A DNA stretch of 63,902 bases, counting the filler, from Octopus bimaculoides (Eukaryota): NCBI RefSeq assembly GCF_001194135.2. It is 7 parts of 7 records of this genome, joined end to end, with 100 filler letters (N's around TTAATTAATTAA, not from the genome) between each part and the next. Parts side by side here need not be neighbours in the genome. Positions count along the whole stretch, not along the records: positions 9,640 to 20,111 come from NC_068981.1; positions 20,212 to 40,830 come from NC_068991.1; 5 more parts are not named here. One strand, given 5' to 3'. Under the pieces are notes generated by a model, which was not told the DNA's origin, searched no databases, and was given only the letters and a program-made list of their open reading frames with translations. This document shows, one piece after another, positions 12,370 to 23,700 of this stretch. The position numbers and the translations under genes are program-made. Each line of letters opens with the position of its first letter. The stretch's first letter is position 1.

Positions 12370-12907
12370 CCAGGCAATGGCTCTGATGGCTTCTGATCTT
12401 AATTGATTGGAAGTGTCATCATGTACATTGTTTTCTCTTGGTATAAAAAGATGGGACTACAACAAATATTCTGCTTAATACCACAGATTTGCTTGTCAGG
12501 TGTTTGACCGTAACCAGTTGAGCATATCCCTCATGGTGGCTGACGATATGTGCATCTCTGATCACAAGTAGGGGAGTAGTGGGGGAGCATCATAGTCATA
12601 TGTTGAGAGGAATTCTTTGGGGTTTGAATAATTCACCATTGGAAACACGGGTGTTTCTTTCATCATCCTTAAACAAACCTTATTCAGGGACCTTTTGAGC
12701 GGGATGGGCTACTCGACCTGAAGAAAATTCTAACTGGGCCCCACCTGCGAGGTCATGTACTGTTTATCTTGATATATCATCATGTCGCGCACATATGGTG
12801 GTGATGCATATGTCTGATGTACGCTTGTGGTGGTCATGGTGGGTATACTGGGCTTACATATATTTCTAACCCAGTGTCACTTTGATGGCATGCGCTGCTC
12901 TCTCACT

Positions 12908-12965
<58 letters not shown>
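12370..12965 (+). mobile_element. Non-coding (AAT)n-tailed interspersed repeat, probably a LINE 3' UTR
   Basis: About 400 bp matches the reverse complement of 40375-40775. Ends cactcat followed by (AAT)n at 12911-12965. Confidence 0.75.
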
Positions 12966-12968
<3 letters not shown>

Positions 12969-13560
12969 GAGAACAGCCTGGCTTGGTATGCCAAGGAGAG
13001 TAAAAAAGAAATAATTGAAGTGAAAATGCAGAGAACCTTAAATTGAACAAAGTCGTAGATCCAACACGATTTAAGAAAGACTAGAGAGAGCAGAAGAAGA
13101 AAATTTAGTTGGACAAGAAAGTGCACAGTCAGTTCTTGAAGAATAAAGATGAGATTGATTGGAATAGAACTTGGCAATGGCTGCAGAAAGGAGACTTGAA
13201 AGGATCCACTGAGGCATTAGTGTGCAGCGCTCAAGAACAAGCTCTCAGAACAAACTACTCCCAATATCACATTGATAAAAGCACTGACTCGTCACTGTGT
13301 AGGATGTGCTCTGAGAAAAGAGAAAGTAGGAATCATATTATTAGTGAGTGCTGTAAGCTCGCACAACGCGAATACAAAAGGAGACACGACAATGTGGCCA
13401 GATGTGTCCATTGGTTGTTGTGCAGAAAAACAAACCACAAACCTCAAGAGAACCGAACAAGCCAGAAGGAGTAATGGAAAATAAACATTACAAAATACTC
13501 TGAGATTTTAACATGCAGTGCGACCAAGTCAAAGACACAAGACGAAATGCGATACGCCTA
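12966..13560 (+). mobile_element. R4/Dong-clade LINE fragment
   Basis: WQWLQKGDLKGSTEALVCSAQEQALRTN...LCRMCSEKRESRNHIISECCKLAQREYKRRHDNVARCVHWLLC, then frameshifted KIL*DFNMQCDQ. Confidence 0.92.
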
Positions 13561-13699
13561 ATTCCTCAAAACAGTGGAAAGGAACAATTTTGATCGGTGT
13601 TCGGTGAAAAAGCTATAAACAGAGAATAAAGAATAAAAGAGAGAAAAATAACGGTGGACATAGTCCTTTGAGCTTCGGATAATCATGATACAACGCACA

Positions 13700-15718
13700 T
13701 CCAGTTACGGTGTTCTGTCAAAAAGTTAACGCTGTTAAGACGGACCCATCTAATGTCACTGCTCAAACAAATAACAAAACCAAAAAAGAACGATGGACAG
13801 ATGACGACGACTACAATGAAGAGATATACGCACACTACAATGCAACACTATACGAAAAACACAAGGAAGAAACTCGTACAGTGAATACCCAATAAGATGA
13901 ACAACCTTCACAACAAGTGTCATAGAGGCCCGATACCCAACAGAAGAACACAACCCGCACGGCACACATAGCACACAATACAAACACTAATATCTCAGAA
14001 AACTCAACCCAAACCCCTTAACAAAACATACTGATGTAACTCATTATGTGCCACAAAGCCGCACACATCTCAGCAGCACGAAAGAGTAGCATGTGATGCG
14101 ATAGAAACTTACTTGAAACTAACAAATGTCATCTAATAATAGAACTGATGACTATGGTGACGAATATTATTTTATCTCAGTTTATGAGTGACAAGAGTTT
14201 GGCCAGAGACTCTGGTGGCAACAGCATAAAGGAATCTGGACCTTTTTCTCGCTCAACAAGAGAAAAAGAAAATGCCTTTTTCTATACACAAGGAGGCAAC
14301 GAAATACAAAAGAGTACACTGATACACTGATCTCAGATGACAACAGAAATTGTCAGAGGCAAAAGCAACATGAAAACAGAACTGGAAAACGTGCTAAAAA
14401 GACAAATGGAGAAAAAACTCATTCCATGGCCATATCCTACAAGGCTTGACAGGAAGTGAGCTAACAATGGCACAAAAACCCAGGACCAAAAGCAGAATCG
14501 GAGGGATTGATTCTCGCTGCCCATGACCAATGCCTGAGCAACAAACAGTTATAAAATCAAAATAATGAAAGCAGGCCCTAACATCAAATATAGAATGTGC
14601 AACCAGCACAATCATACAGTTGACCACATCATCTTTGTCTGTCTAGTCCTTTACTGAATTTGAATATATATACAGACATGACCGACTAAGTAGTTATATC
14701 CACTGGACAATATGCTAACAGTGCAATAATAAAAACTAACTAGAAAAGCGATAAACATGTACCAAACAAGGTACATGAAAACGACCAGGCCACAATCATC
14801 TTTGATGTGCCTGTAAAAACTGACAAAGGTAATCACCCAGATATAATAATAAAGGATTAAAAAAGAAATCAAATGCGCCCCTTTTAAAGCCTAGCCAGGC
14901 TCATGGGCCCGGTTTCCCGGTTTCAATGGCGTATGTGTTCCCCAGCTGGACGGGACGCCAGTCCATCGTAGCATTACTCATTTTTGCCAGTTGAGCGGAC
15001 TGGAGCAACGTGAAATGAAGTGTTTTGCTCAAGAACACAACGCGTCGCCCGGTCCAGGAATCGAAACCACAATCTTACGATTATGATGCTGACACCCTAA
15101 CCACTAAGCCACGTGCCTCTACAATAATAAAAGATTGGGGGAGAACAAGCACCTGCTTACTGATAGACATTTCAGTTCATTCTGACCAAAATATTGCCCA
15201 AGAAGGACTGAAGAAATTGTCAAAGTACAAAGACCACGAAATCGAAGTATTCGAGATGTGAGGCAAAAACAATACTAGTAATAACTGAAGCATCGGGCAT
15301 GATATAAAATACCATAAACCAAAGCGTAGAAGTTATACCTCGACCCTCAACACTATACACTATCCAAAAATAGCCCTGCTAGGAACAGCCCACATCCTAC
15401 GAGAGAAGCTATCAATTTAATAATACAACCCAAATAAAACAATCCACAAACACAAGACATACTCTATATAGTAAATAACCAATAAAATAAACAAACCCCC
15501 ACAACATGTACGCTACAGGTCAGATACCCAACAGAATACAACTCACAACATACACAACACGCAATACAATCTTTAATACTTCAAACAAATCCAATAACCA
15601 AACAAACTGGTGCAACACGATACCGGGAAGAGATTTCGCTCCCCCAACAACAAAGGTAAAACACACAACGCTTGGTTACGCAGCAGAAATTGGCCTGAAA
15701 CTATCAGATGTCGAATGA

Positions 15719-15787
<69 letters not shown>
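13700..15787 (+). mobile_element. Heavily deleted R4/Dong LINE (N-terminal remnant, knuckle, RLE, 3' UTR, (TAG)n tail), interrupted by a SINE
   Basis: ERWTDDDDYNEEIYAHYNA; AESEGLILAAHDQC; YRMCNQHNHTVDHII; YRHDRLSSYIHWTIC; HPDIIIKD; CLLIDISV...LSKYKDHEIE; QKIALLGTAHILREKLSI* at about 15419; AC-rich UTR. Confidence 0.8.
14859..15122 (-). mobile_element. Full-length family C SINE with a 14-bp target-site duplication
   Basis: Flanked by aataataaaggatt (14845-14858) and aataataaaagatt (15123-15136). A box GGCTTAGTGG and B-box-like GTTTCGATTCC on the minus strand. Confidence 0.9.
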
Positions 15788-16229
15788 GGCCATGAGATGG
15801 AGAATAGGAAGCCAGACATAGTGTTAAATGAGAAAGAAAACAAACTGTGCTGGATCATAGATATAGCATGTCCAGCTGACAACAAGGTATGCGACAAGGA
15901 AGAAAGAAAAGTCGATAGATATGACAGGTTAGCTTGGGAAGTTAAGCAGTTGTGGTCGATGAAATAAGTAGCAGTAGTACCAATAACTGTCGGAGCCCTG
16001 GGAACAGTGAGCAAAAATCTCGAGAAGTACGTGGGACAAATAGGGGCTGCAATAAGGGTGGAGCACTTGCAGAAAACAGCACTGCTTGGAACCGTTCGAA
16101 TACTCCGGAAGATGCTCAAAAAATAAGAGGTATTACCTTAGTTCAGTGGTTGTGAACAGTTGACACCGTAGCACATCTCCAGCATTAGAAGCTGGGCAAA
16201 AGCAATAATAATAATGATAATGATAATAA
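15788..16229 (+). mobile_element. 5'-truncated R4/Dong LINE 3' end (RLE domain, UTR, (AAT) tail)
   Basis: HEMENRKPDIVLNEKENKLCWIIDIACPADNKV...RYDRLAWEVKQLWSMK*VAVVPITVGALG...LQKTALLGTVRILRKML; PD-(D/E)xK-type motifs. Confidence 0.93.
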
Positions 16230-16380
16230 GATTGATGTCTTGCAAAAAGCAGCCTTATTGGGCACAGCGCACATCTTAAGGAAAGTATTATCTCTTTGAG
16301 GTCCTTGTTGTGACTTAACAGATGATTAAAGACTCCGGTGCATTTTTACCTAGACTATGTTATGAAGGAATAATAATAAT
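16230..16380 (+). mobile_element. Very short R4/Dong 3' end, same subfamily as 50321-51573
   Basis: IDVLQKAALLGTAHILRKVLSL*, then a UTR near-identical to 51483-51555, then (AAT)4. Confidence 0.9.
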
Positions 16381-16382
16381 AT

Positions 16383-16570
16383 TGCCCCAAACTACCACAA
16401 GCTGAGGCAACACGACCAGGTAGGGAAAGTGCTACCTTGGAAACTGTGCGAAAAGTGGGGGCTAGAGAGAGAGGCAAGACGTGGTATGAGCACAAACCGG
16501 AGAGAGTGGCGGAGTCGAAGACTAGTATAATCCTCTGGGATTTCCCAATCCAAGCAGATCAGGTACCAAT
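16383..16570 (+). mobile_element. R4/Dong internal fragment
   Basis: QHDQVGKVLPWKLCEKWG / KTWYEHKPERVAESKTSIILWDFPIQAD. Confidence 0.85.
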
Positions 16571-17494
16571 TATTGTTAGTATCAGAAGGCATCAAGAGGA
16601 ATATAAAGTAAATTGGAATAGAGTGTCCAGCTTTTTATTCACGATCGTAGTGATTTTCAACTGAAACTTGAATCTAGCATGCAGGGAGTTACTACAAACA
16701 ACATGGCTGGACACAACATCAACAACAACACAACCGAGGAACAGGACGGAAACAACAGATTCTTTTGAGCTGTAGTTACAGAAGAAACCGTAACTACAAA
16801 ACTCATTTCTCTTGGAGTTACGTATCATTTAAATATATATGAGCATGTCTAGATATGTAGCTCTATGCATGAGAATAAATGCATAAAACATTCAAATCTG
16901 CACATGCATACATACATACATACATATATACATACATATAAACAAAGTACGCTGTTATTGATCATGAAATTCCAATGAAGGAACCTCGGATCTAGGTTAG
17001 TAACCGGTTCTTTCTCTATTGACAAGAAATCTTAAAATAAACTGAATAACGACATACATACCCTGGTGTGTGTCTATGTGTTTATGTGTATGTGTGCGTA
17101 TCTATGTGTATGTATGTGATATAATTTACTGTTCGTTTGTTTATAGGATCGGCAAAAAAGCATTCAATTCCGCAAGAGTGAAACATCATTTAAAGAATAC
17201 AGCAGTTATACCTGAGCAACCATATGGTTCATGCCTGGAAAGTGCAATATCCTGACGGGCATGTTTAGAATGACGTGAATGATCCGGAAATCGCTCAAAC
17301 TCATATATGAAGGCTAATTCTGAGAAAATACGAGAAAAAAATCATGAACGTTCGAAATAAAATGCTTATAATTCTCTTCAAAGAAATAAGGTTTTTTTCT
17401 CATATTTCTTCACGCAGTTGCTTGTCCGACTATTTCATGAAACTCGAAGTAGCTCACGTATAAACGCTGCATTCAATAAGCATATTCATGTATA

Positions 17495-17600
<106 letters not shown>

Positions 17601-17609
17601 TGGTCTGAC

Positions 17610-17785
17610 AGTCGCATAGTATAACGAAAGGCATTTATAATGCTGAGCTTTTGGAACCCGTTGAATTCTTGAACTTCCATGTAGATCTTCCATGAAAAAC
17701 GGAATAAGCGATACATGTTGCCTAAAGGATCTAATCCCTTTGCATCGTCTGGCAGTTTAAATTCTACTTTCCTTATATTTTGGTT
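17610..17785 (-). CDS. Possible isolated coding exon, product unknown
   Basis: Strong acceptor tttactttccattcactccacAG at 17787-17786, then an open frame NQNIRKVEFKLPDDAKGLDPLGNMYRLFRFSWKIYMEVQEFNGFQKLSIINAFRY. No clear donor; no homology recognised. Confidence 0.2.
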
Positions 17786-19351
17786 CTGTGGAGTGAATGG
17801 AAAGTAAACATGAGATTTCTGAAAGGCGTTCATGAGTGAAGAACATTACCAAAGGTATGTACAATGAAAACTTTTTAATGCAGGTATTGGAACCTGGTTG
17901 CAGAATATGACCAGAGAGTCGGCAGGTGGTCGTCCTAGCTGCTTGAAATAGCAATCAAATTCAACTCAATAACTTACTAAGTGATGTAAAAAATTACTAA
18001 TTGATAAATACGTAGCCTTGAAATATTTTAAAATATTATCTTCTTTAGACTCTGGTTTAAAAATATTATGGGCTGCCACAGCTGGAACGCTTTTCATCGT
18101 AGAATTTATTGAGTACAACTGACCAGGCTTAAATTTGTGTAGAAATAGCTGGGGTTGTAGTTGCCCAAGCTCTAGGCTCTTAAAAAAGAGTTGAGACGGT
18201 GAAAGGGAAAAGAGAGACGAAAATGTCCCTTCTTTGTGAGCCTGTAAGATTGTGTTTTGCCCTCTTTACTGTAAACTGGAAATTTAATGTCTTTCTACGG
18301 AACCTTTTCGATACATTCTTATCCACATTTCATCGTCATCAGTTTTCTTCGACTCTCAACTTTAACAATAATATAAACCATAAACTATAGTGGAGCGAAA
18401 TCAGTAAACATCTCCGTGGTCACATAATTTGCTAGAAATAGCAATCAAGTTTCTCTGAAAGCACAGCCAAACGTTTTTAAAAAGAACTCATTCGATAATA
18501 TGGCTTCAAATGTACAAATGAATGAAGATGAAAGCAGTGATGTTCACAGCTGGAACGCTTTTAGTTATAAATCAACAATGACAACAATATAAAGCATATC
18601 GAATTCATCGATACCATCACCAGCACTAACAATAACAACAACCTCTCCACTCCTAAACATCCGAGATTACATTTCACTGATCATAGCCAAATGTCCCTCA
18701 AATCACAAAATCAGAAAATTCGAGAATGGAGCAGAGTAAGCGATGTGATCGAAGAATACTGAAAGTAGAAGTTCCTCTGGGCCGGCCGGACATGTCGCAA
18801 GCTTCACAGACAACAGGTAGACCTGTATGGTCGGTGAGTAACATATCCAAGAGATTAGGAAAGGCCACTTGGAATGATGATGATGAGATGATTCAGTTAA
18901 GTTGGGTCAAGGTGAAAAAGAATGGCGCAATCAAAACAGAATTGGAAGCGTATTGTGATAAGTGGCGTATAATAGCATCTGATTGTCTCGTAGATACTGT
19001 GAAACTGTGATGAGGGATTTATTGGACTTTGTACTTTCTGAAATATCTGGATGGCCACGATTGGAGTATGTTTGATCTTATCTGTATCTGGTTCATCAGA
19101 GCCGACTCGGAGCTCAACAACAACAACATAAACAACGATAACAAGAAACAAAAAAAAAGAATATCTTCTTTTGCCCCAGGGACTCAACAATAATCTAGGA
19201 TTATGTGGAATATATTGGGTGAGCCGTGTTTATTTTGTTTCGAGAGATTGACTGTGGTGTGTACATGTTATTTCAGTGTTCTATGTACGTGTGCGCGTGT
19301 GTGTATATCTCTCTCAGCTTTTCTTTCCTCCCCCTCCAACTCCTTTCCCTT

Positions 19352-19397
<46 letters not shown>

Positions 19398-19827
19398 CAC
19401 ACATATACATACACATATACATATATACATATATTTTCTTGGTAGAATGAAATTGTCAATCTTCGTCCGTTCTTTAACTATTCATCTACAACTTCTGACA
19501 CTGAATTTCCTGCTCTCTCTCTCTCTCACTCTCTCTTCCTTCTTCTCACTCTCTCTTTACCCACTCCCTCTCTATCTATGTCTCTCTTTCTCTCTTCTCT
19601 CCTCCCCTACGTCAGTGTACGTTGTAAAACGTGTTGTCTTTCATTATTATTTTTTCCAGTTCCGTTCTATGTCTCAGTGTTAACCATGTTGCTAGATTTG
19701 GTCCGTCATTCTTCAGATCTTATAAAAACACACGCTTCACTTACGCCTTTCGGCCCAACACAAACAAGCACACACGCACCACACATTCACACATTTATCA
19801 ATACTATCATACAAGTAATATACATAC

Positions 19828-19872
<45 letters not shown>

Positions 19873-19886
19873 NNNNNNNNNNNNNN

Positions 19887-19944
<58 letters not shown>

Positions 19945-20059
19945 TATGTACGTATGTGTTTGTGTGTAAATATAGATATCTATATGTATGTATGAGTAAA
20001 TATGTATGTATACACCCATATTCACATATATCTGTATATATATGTATATGTATGTGTGC

Positions 20060-20111
<52 letters not shown>

Positions 20112-20405
20112 NNNNNNNNNNNNNNNNNNNNNNNNNNNNNNNNNNNNNNNNNNNNTTAATTAATTAANNNNNNNNNNNNNNNNNNNNNNNNNNNNNNNNN
20201 NNNNNNNNNNNATGGTAATATAATAAATTTAAAATTTGAAATATAAATATACGAAATATAAATATAAATATGTATAAAAATATGAATGTAGATAAATATA
20301 CGTGTGAATATAAATGCGTATAAACATTTATGCGTAATTAAGCATGAATATTGTAAAGTCTAAAATATAAAATATAAAAAAAAACTAAAATTTAAAGAGT
20401 TAGAT

Positions 20406-20491
20406 ATCTGACGATCGTTTCGCGGATATTACTATAATCACAATGTGATCAATAGATCAGCTTACTATCAGTAATTCCGCTCTTCGGAGAT
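20406..20491 (-). ncRNA. Type I hammerhead ribozyme-like motif (one core mutation)
   Basis: ATCT-CCGAAGA-GCGGAATTAC...GTAATATCCGC-GAAA-CGATCG-TC-AGAT: stem I 4 bp, long stem II, palindromic stem III. Core U4 is replaced by C. Confidence 0.7.
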
Positions 20492-20494
20492 GAA

Positions 20495-20495
20495 T

Positions 20496-20563
<68 letters not shown>
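20495..20563. repeat. (GATA)n microsatellite
   Basis: Direct reading. Confidence 0.97.
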
Positions 20564-20565
<2 letters not shown>

Positions 20566-20992
20566 TTACACTTTCGTTCCTACATTTCTCTATGAGACAT
20601 TCACTTGTTCTTCTTGTCTGTTACTCCTCGCAGCATCGCACTTCTTTTTGCACCAGCTTCACTTTCTGAGACGTATAAAATCACATTTAGTAATTCAATT
20701 ATATGACCTAAACGAAGTTAAACATTATCTTTAAAGTTTAAAGTTTATCGCTAATGAAGTTTAAATCTATAATGAGGCGGTTAAATTAAGGATACACTTT
20801 GCAGCTGAAGAGTAGCAGATGCTTATGTTCGTCTCACGGGCGGAAGAATTAATCGAAGAATCGCTTCGTATTTATTCATTACTTTTTATTCTGTATCGCA
20901 TTTCGGTGAAAAATAGTACCACAAGTTATGGGTTTCCAACAGACCAATCACTGGTTCTAGCCATTTCTGAAGACAAGAGTAATGATATCCAT

Positions 20993-21044
<52 letters not shown>

Positions 21045-21698
21045 NNNNNNNNNNNNNNNNNNNNNNNNNNNNNNNNNNNNNNNNNNNNNNNNNNNNNNNN
21101 NNNNNNNNNNNNNNNNNNNNNNNNNNNNNNNNNNNNNNNNNNNNNNNNNNNNNNNNNNNNNNNNNNNNNNNNNNNNNNNNNNNNNNNNNNNNNNNNNNNN
21201 NNNNNNNNNNNNNNNNNNNNNNNNNNNNNNNNNNNNNNNNNNNNNNNNNNNNNNNNNNNNNNNNNNNNNNNNNNNNNNNNNNNNNNNNNNNNNNNNNNNN
21301 NNNNNNNNNNNNNNNNNNNNNNNNNNNNNNNNNNNNNNNNNNNNNNNNNNNNNNNNNNNNNNNNNNNNNNNNNNNNNNNNNNNNNNNNNNNNNNNNNNNN
21401 NNNNNNNNNNNNNNNNNNNNNNNNNNNNNNNNNNNNNNNNNNNNNNNNNNNNNNNNNNNNNNNNNNNNNNNNNNNNNNNNNNNNNNNNNNNTATATACAT
21501 ATATATATATATATAATATCAGTTATTTTGGTATCCAGGAGACCCAAAACGCAAGTAAGATAATGTAGGTGCCACGGAAGGACCACTGTTAAGCTCCCGG
21601 TTCAATAATAGCATGAGTGAGCATGTATATGTTAAATGAAATAAGATAACAAGGCCAGGGCAATTTGATATTCCTCGGACATTTATAAATGGAAGGTG

Positions 21699-21746
21699 GT
21701 CTTACAGCTGTTTCAGGGAAATAAATGATATCCCATCATCAGAGAC
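21699..21746 (-). ncRNA. Minimal type I hammerhead ribozyme motif (Penelope pLTR type)
   Basis: GTCT-CTGATGA-T-GGGA(tatcatttatt)TCCC-T-GAAA-C-AGCT-G-TA-AGAC: intact core, stem I GTCT/AGAC, palindromic CAGCTG stem III. Confidence 0.75.
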
Positions 21747-22948
21747 GAATTAAAAGAGTTTCAATAGAAGGAATTAATAGAATTCATCTTTTTATAAGTT
21801 ATTCTGGAGAGGAAGAGATATAAAAGAAATTAGATATTAATGCACCAAGTATAAAAGGAAAAGATGAAGATAAAAAATACATGTTGAATGTTAAAGTTGT
21901 TGATACTTTATAAGATGTTAGTGTGTTGCATGAGGGTGATTTGGTTGCCAGAAATGGCAGCCAATGGTTTGGATTTTTTACTTATCTACCTATTTTTCAT
22001 ACTTCATTTTACATTGTTGTCGTTTTCTTCTTTTATTTTATAGTGCTAAAAGAATTATCTCCCTTACATATCTAATATCACATTCCCTTTACTAAATATT
22101 TTACCAGCAAATTATAATGAAAACGTATAGACGAACCCAATTTATTAAATAGCAAGACAGATATTGTTTCCTTAATGTTTGATTTACGAAATACACTGAA
22201 CTCAAACAATATGTTGATTAGATCTGCTAATTACATTAGTTATGACCAGTAAACCCATAATCAAAAAAAATCTTCTGTAGAAACATTACCTCGATACAGA
22301 AATCGGAATATTTACTCAGTTAATATTCAAAACCAATTAAATACTCGTGAAACTTGAATACCCCCGTTTTATTAGCATATCTATAGCTGTTCACTCTCTA
22401 AAATTGTCATTGATTACGCATATAATTGCTTTTCACATTCCCAAATAATCACCTTTATAACTTGCAAGGAATCATATTCGCGCGTATGGCTGTCACGTGT
22501 GTGTAAGCGCCCATACGTGTTTGCTTTGTCAATGATTTCGAATGAAACACCAATAAACATCGATTATAGATATCATTAGTGTTTCAATTATTATGTTTAC
22601 TCAAAACCGTCATAAAAATATGCATTAATAAACTTCGTTGAGAAAATTTTTTTTTTAAATCGCGGAAGAAACATACATCATAGAATATATCTGTCAAATT
22701 AAAACAATATTAAAAGTGATGGTGTGTCTATGAGGCTTTTCACACAGTAGGTTTGGCAGTTTTCTAATATCGACCTAATAAATAAAAAGTACATACATAC
22801 ATACACACATATAGACACACATATATATATACATATACACACGCACTCATATTCACACACATACATATCCAAATATATATATATATTTGCATAGATATAT
22901 ACGTATATCTGAATGTATACAAACACACACACACACACATACACACAC

Positions 22949-22983
<35 letters not shown>

Positions 22984-23149
22984 TTATTTAAAATTATAAT
23001 ACAGGGTATCTAAGAGATACCACCACGCTGGAAATAGCAGTCAAAACTTGACTCTGAAGTCACAACTAAATGTTCATATAGCACCAGGAGAGATTCTCTT
23101 ATTCTTTTATGGTTGTTGTAAAGAACCATTATCATAAAACGTTTTGTCC

Positions 23150-23700
23150 GATACTCTAACGATTCTTTGCTTTTCGTCGTTTCGGGCTCCGTAAAATAAG
23201 TACCAGTTGAACGCTAGAATAGATGTAATCCACATACCACCACCTCCCCCGAAATTGCTGGCCTTGTGCTAAAATGTGAAATCAATATTACCACCATGTG
23301 GAACGTTGGCGTGGTTCTGTACATTCTAAGTTCAAATATTGCTAGGGTCAACTTTGCTTTCATTCTTTCGAGGTCGATAAAAAAAAGTACCATTTGAGTA
23401 TAAGGGGTGGATATAATCTCTTCTCAAAACTTTCTGACGTTGTGCCAAAATTAAAAATGAATATTTCAAGAAAGTATAACGGTGGGTTGGCAGAATCGTT
23501 AGAGTATCGGACAAAACGTTTTATGATAATGGTTCTTTACATTCCGAGTTCAAATTTTGCCCCACTCAACTTTGCTTTTCATCTTTGTGGGGGTCGATAG
23601 AATGAAGTACCAGTCAAGTACTGGAGTCTATTTCATTAATCTACAATACCTTCCTCTCAAAATTCTTGGTCTTGTACCGATATTAAAAGAAATCAATATT
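23150..23700 (+). mobile_element. Three tandem family B SINE copies
   Basis: Repeated gagttcaaat..., aataagtaccagt..., gccttgtgc(t/c)aaaat motifs at about 23150-23290, 23300-23455 and 23470-23700. Confidence 0.7.

Noticed and set aside
12370-16570. Possibility of an intact LINE, CRISPR array or rRNA gene in the window
   Set aside because: All LINE pieces are truncated or disrupted. No repeat-spacer arrays or rRNA-like sequence were seen anywhere.
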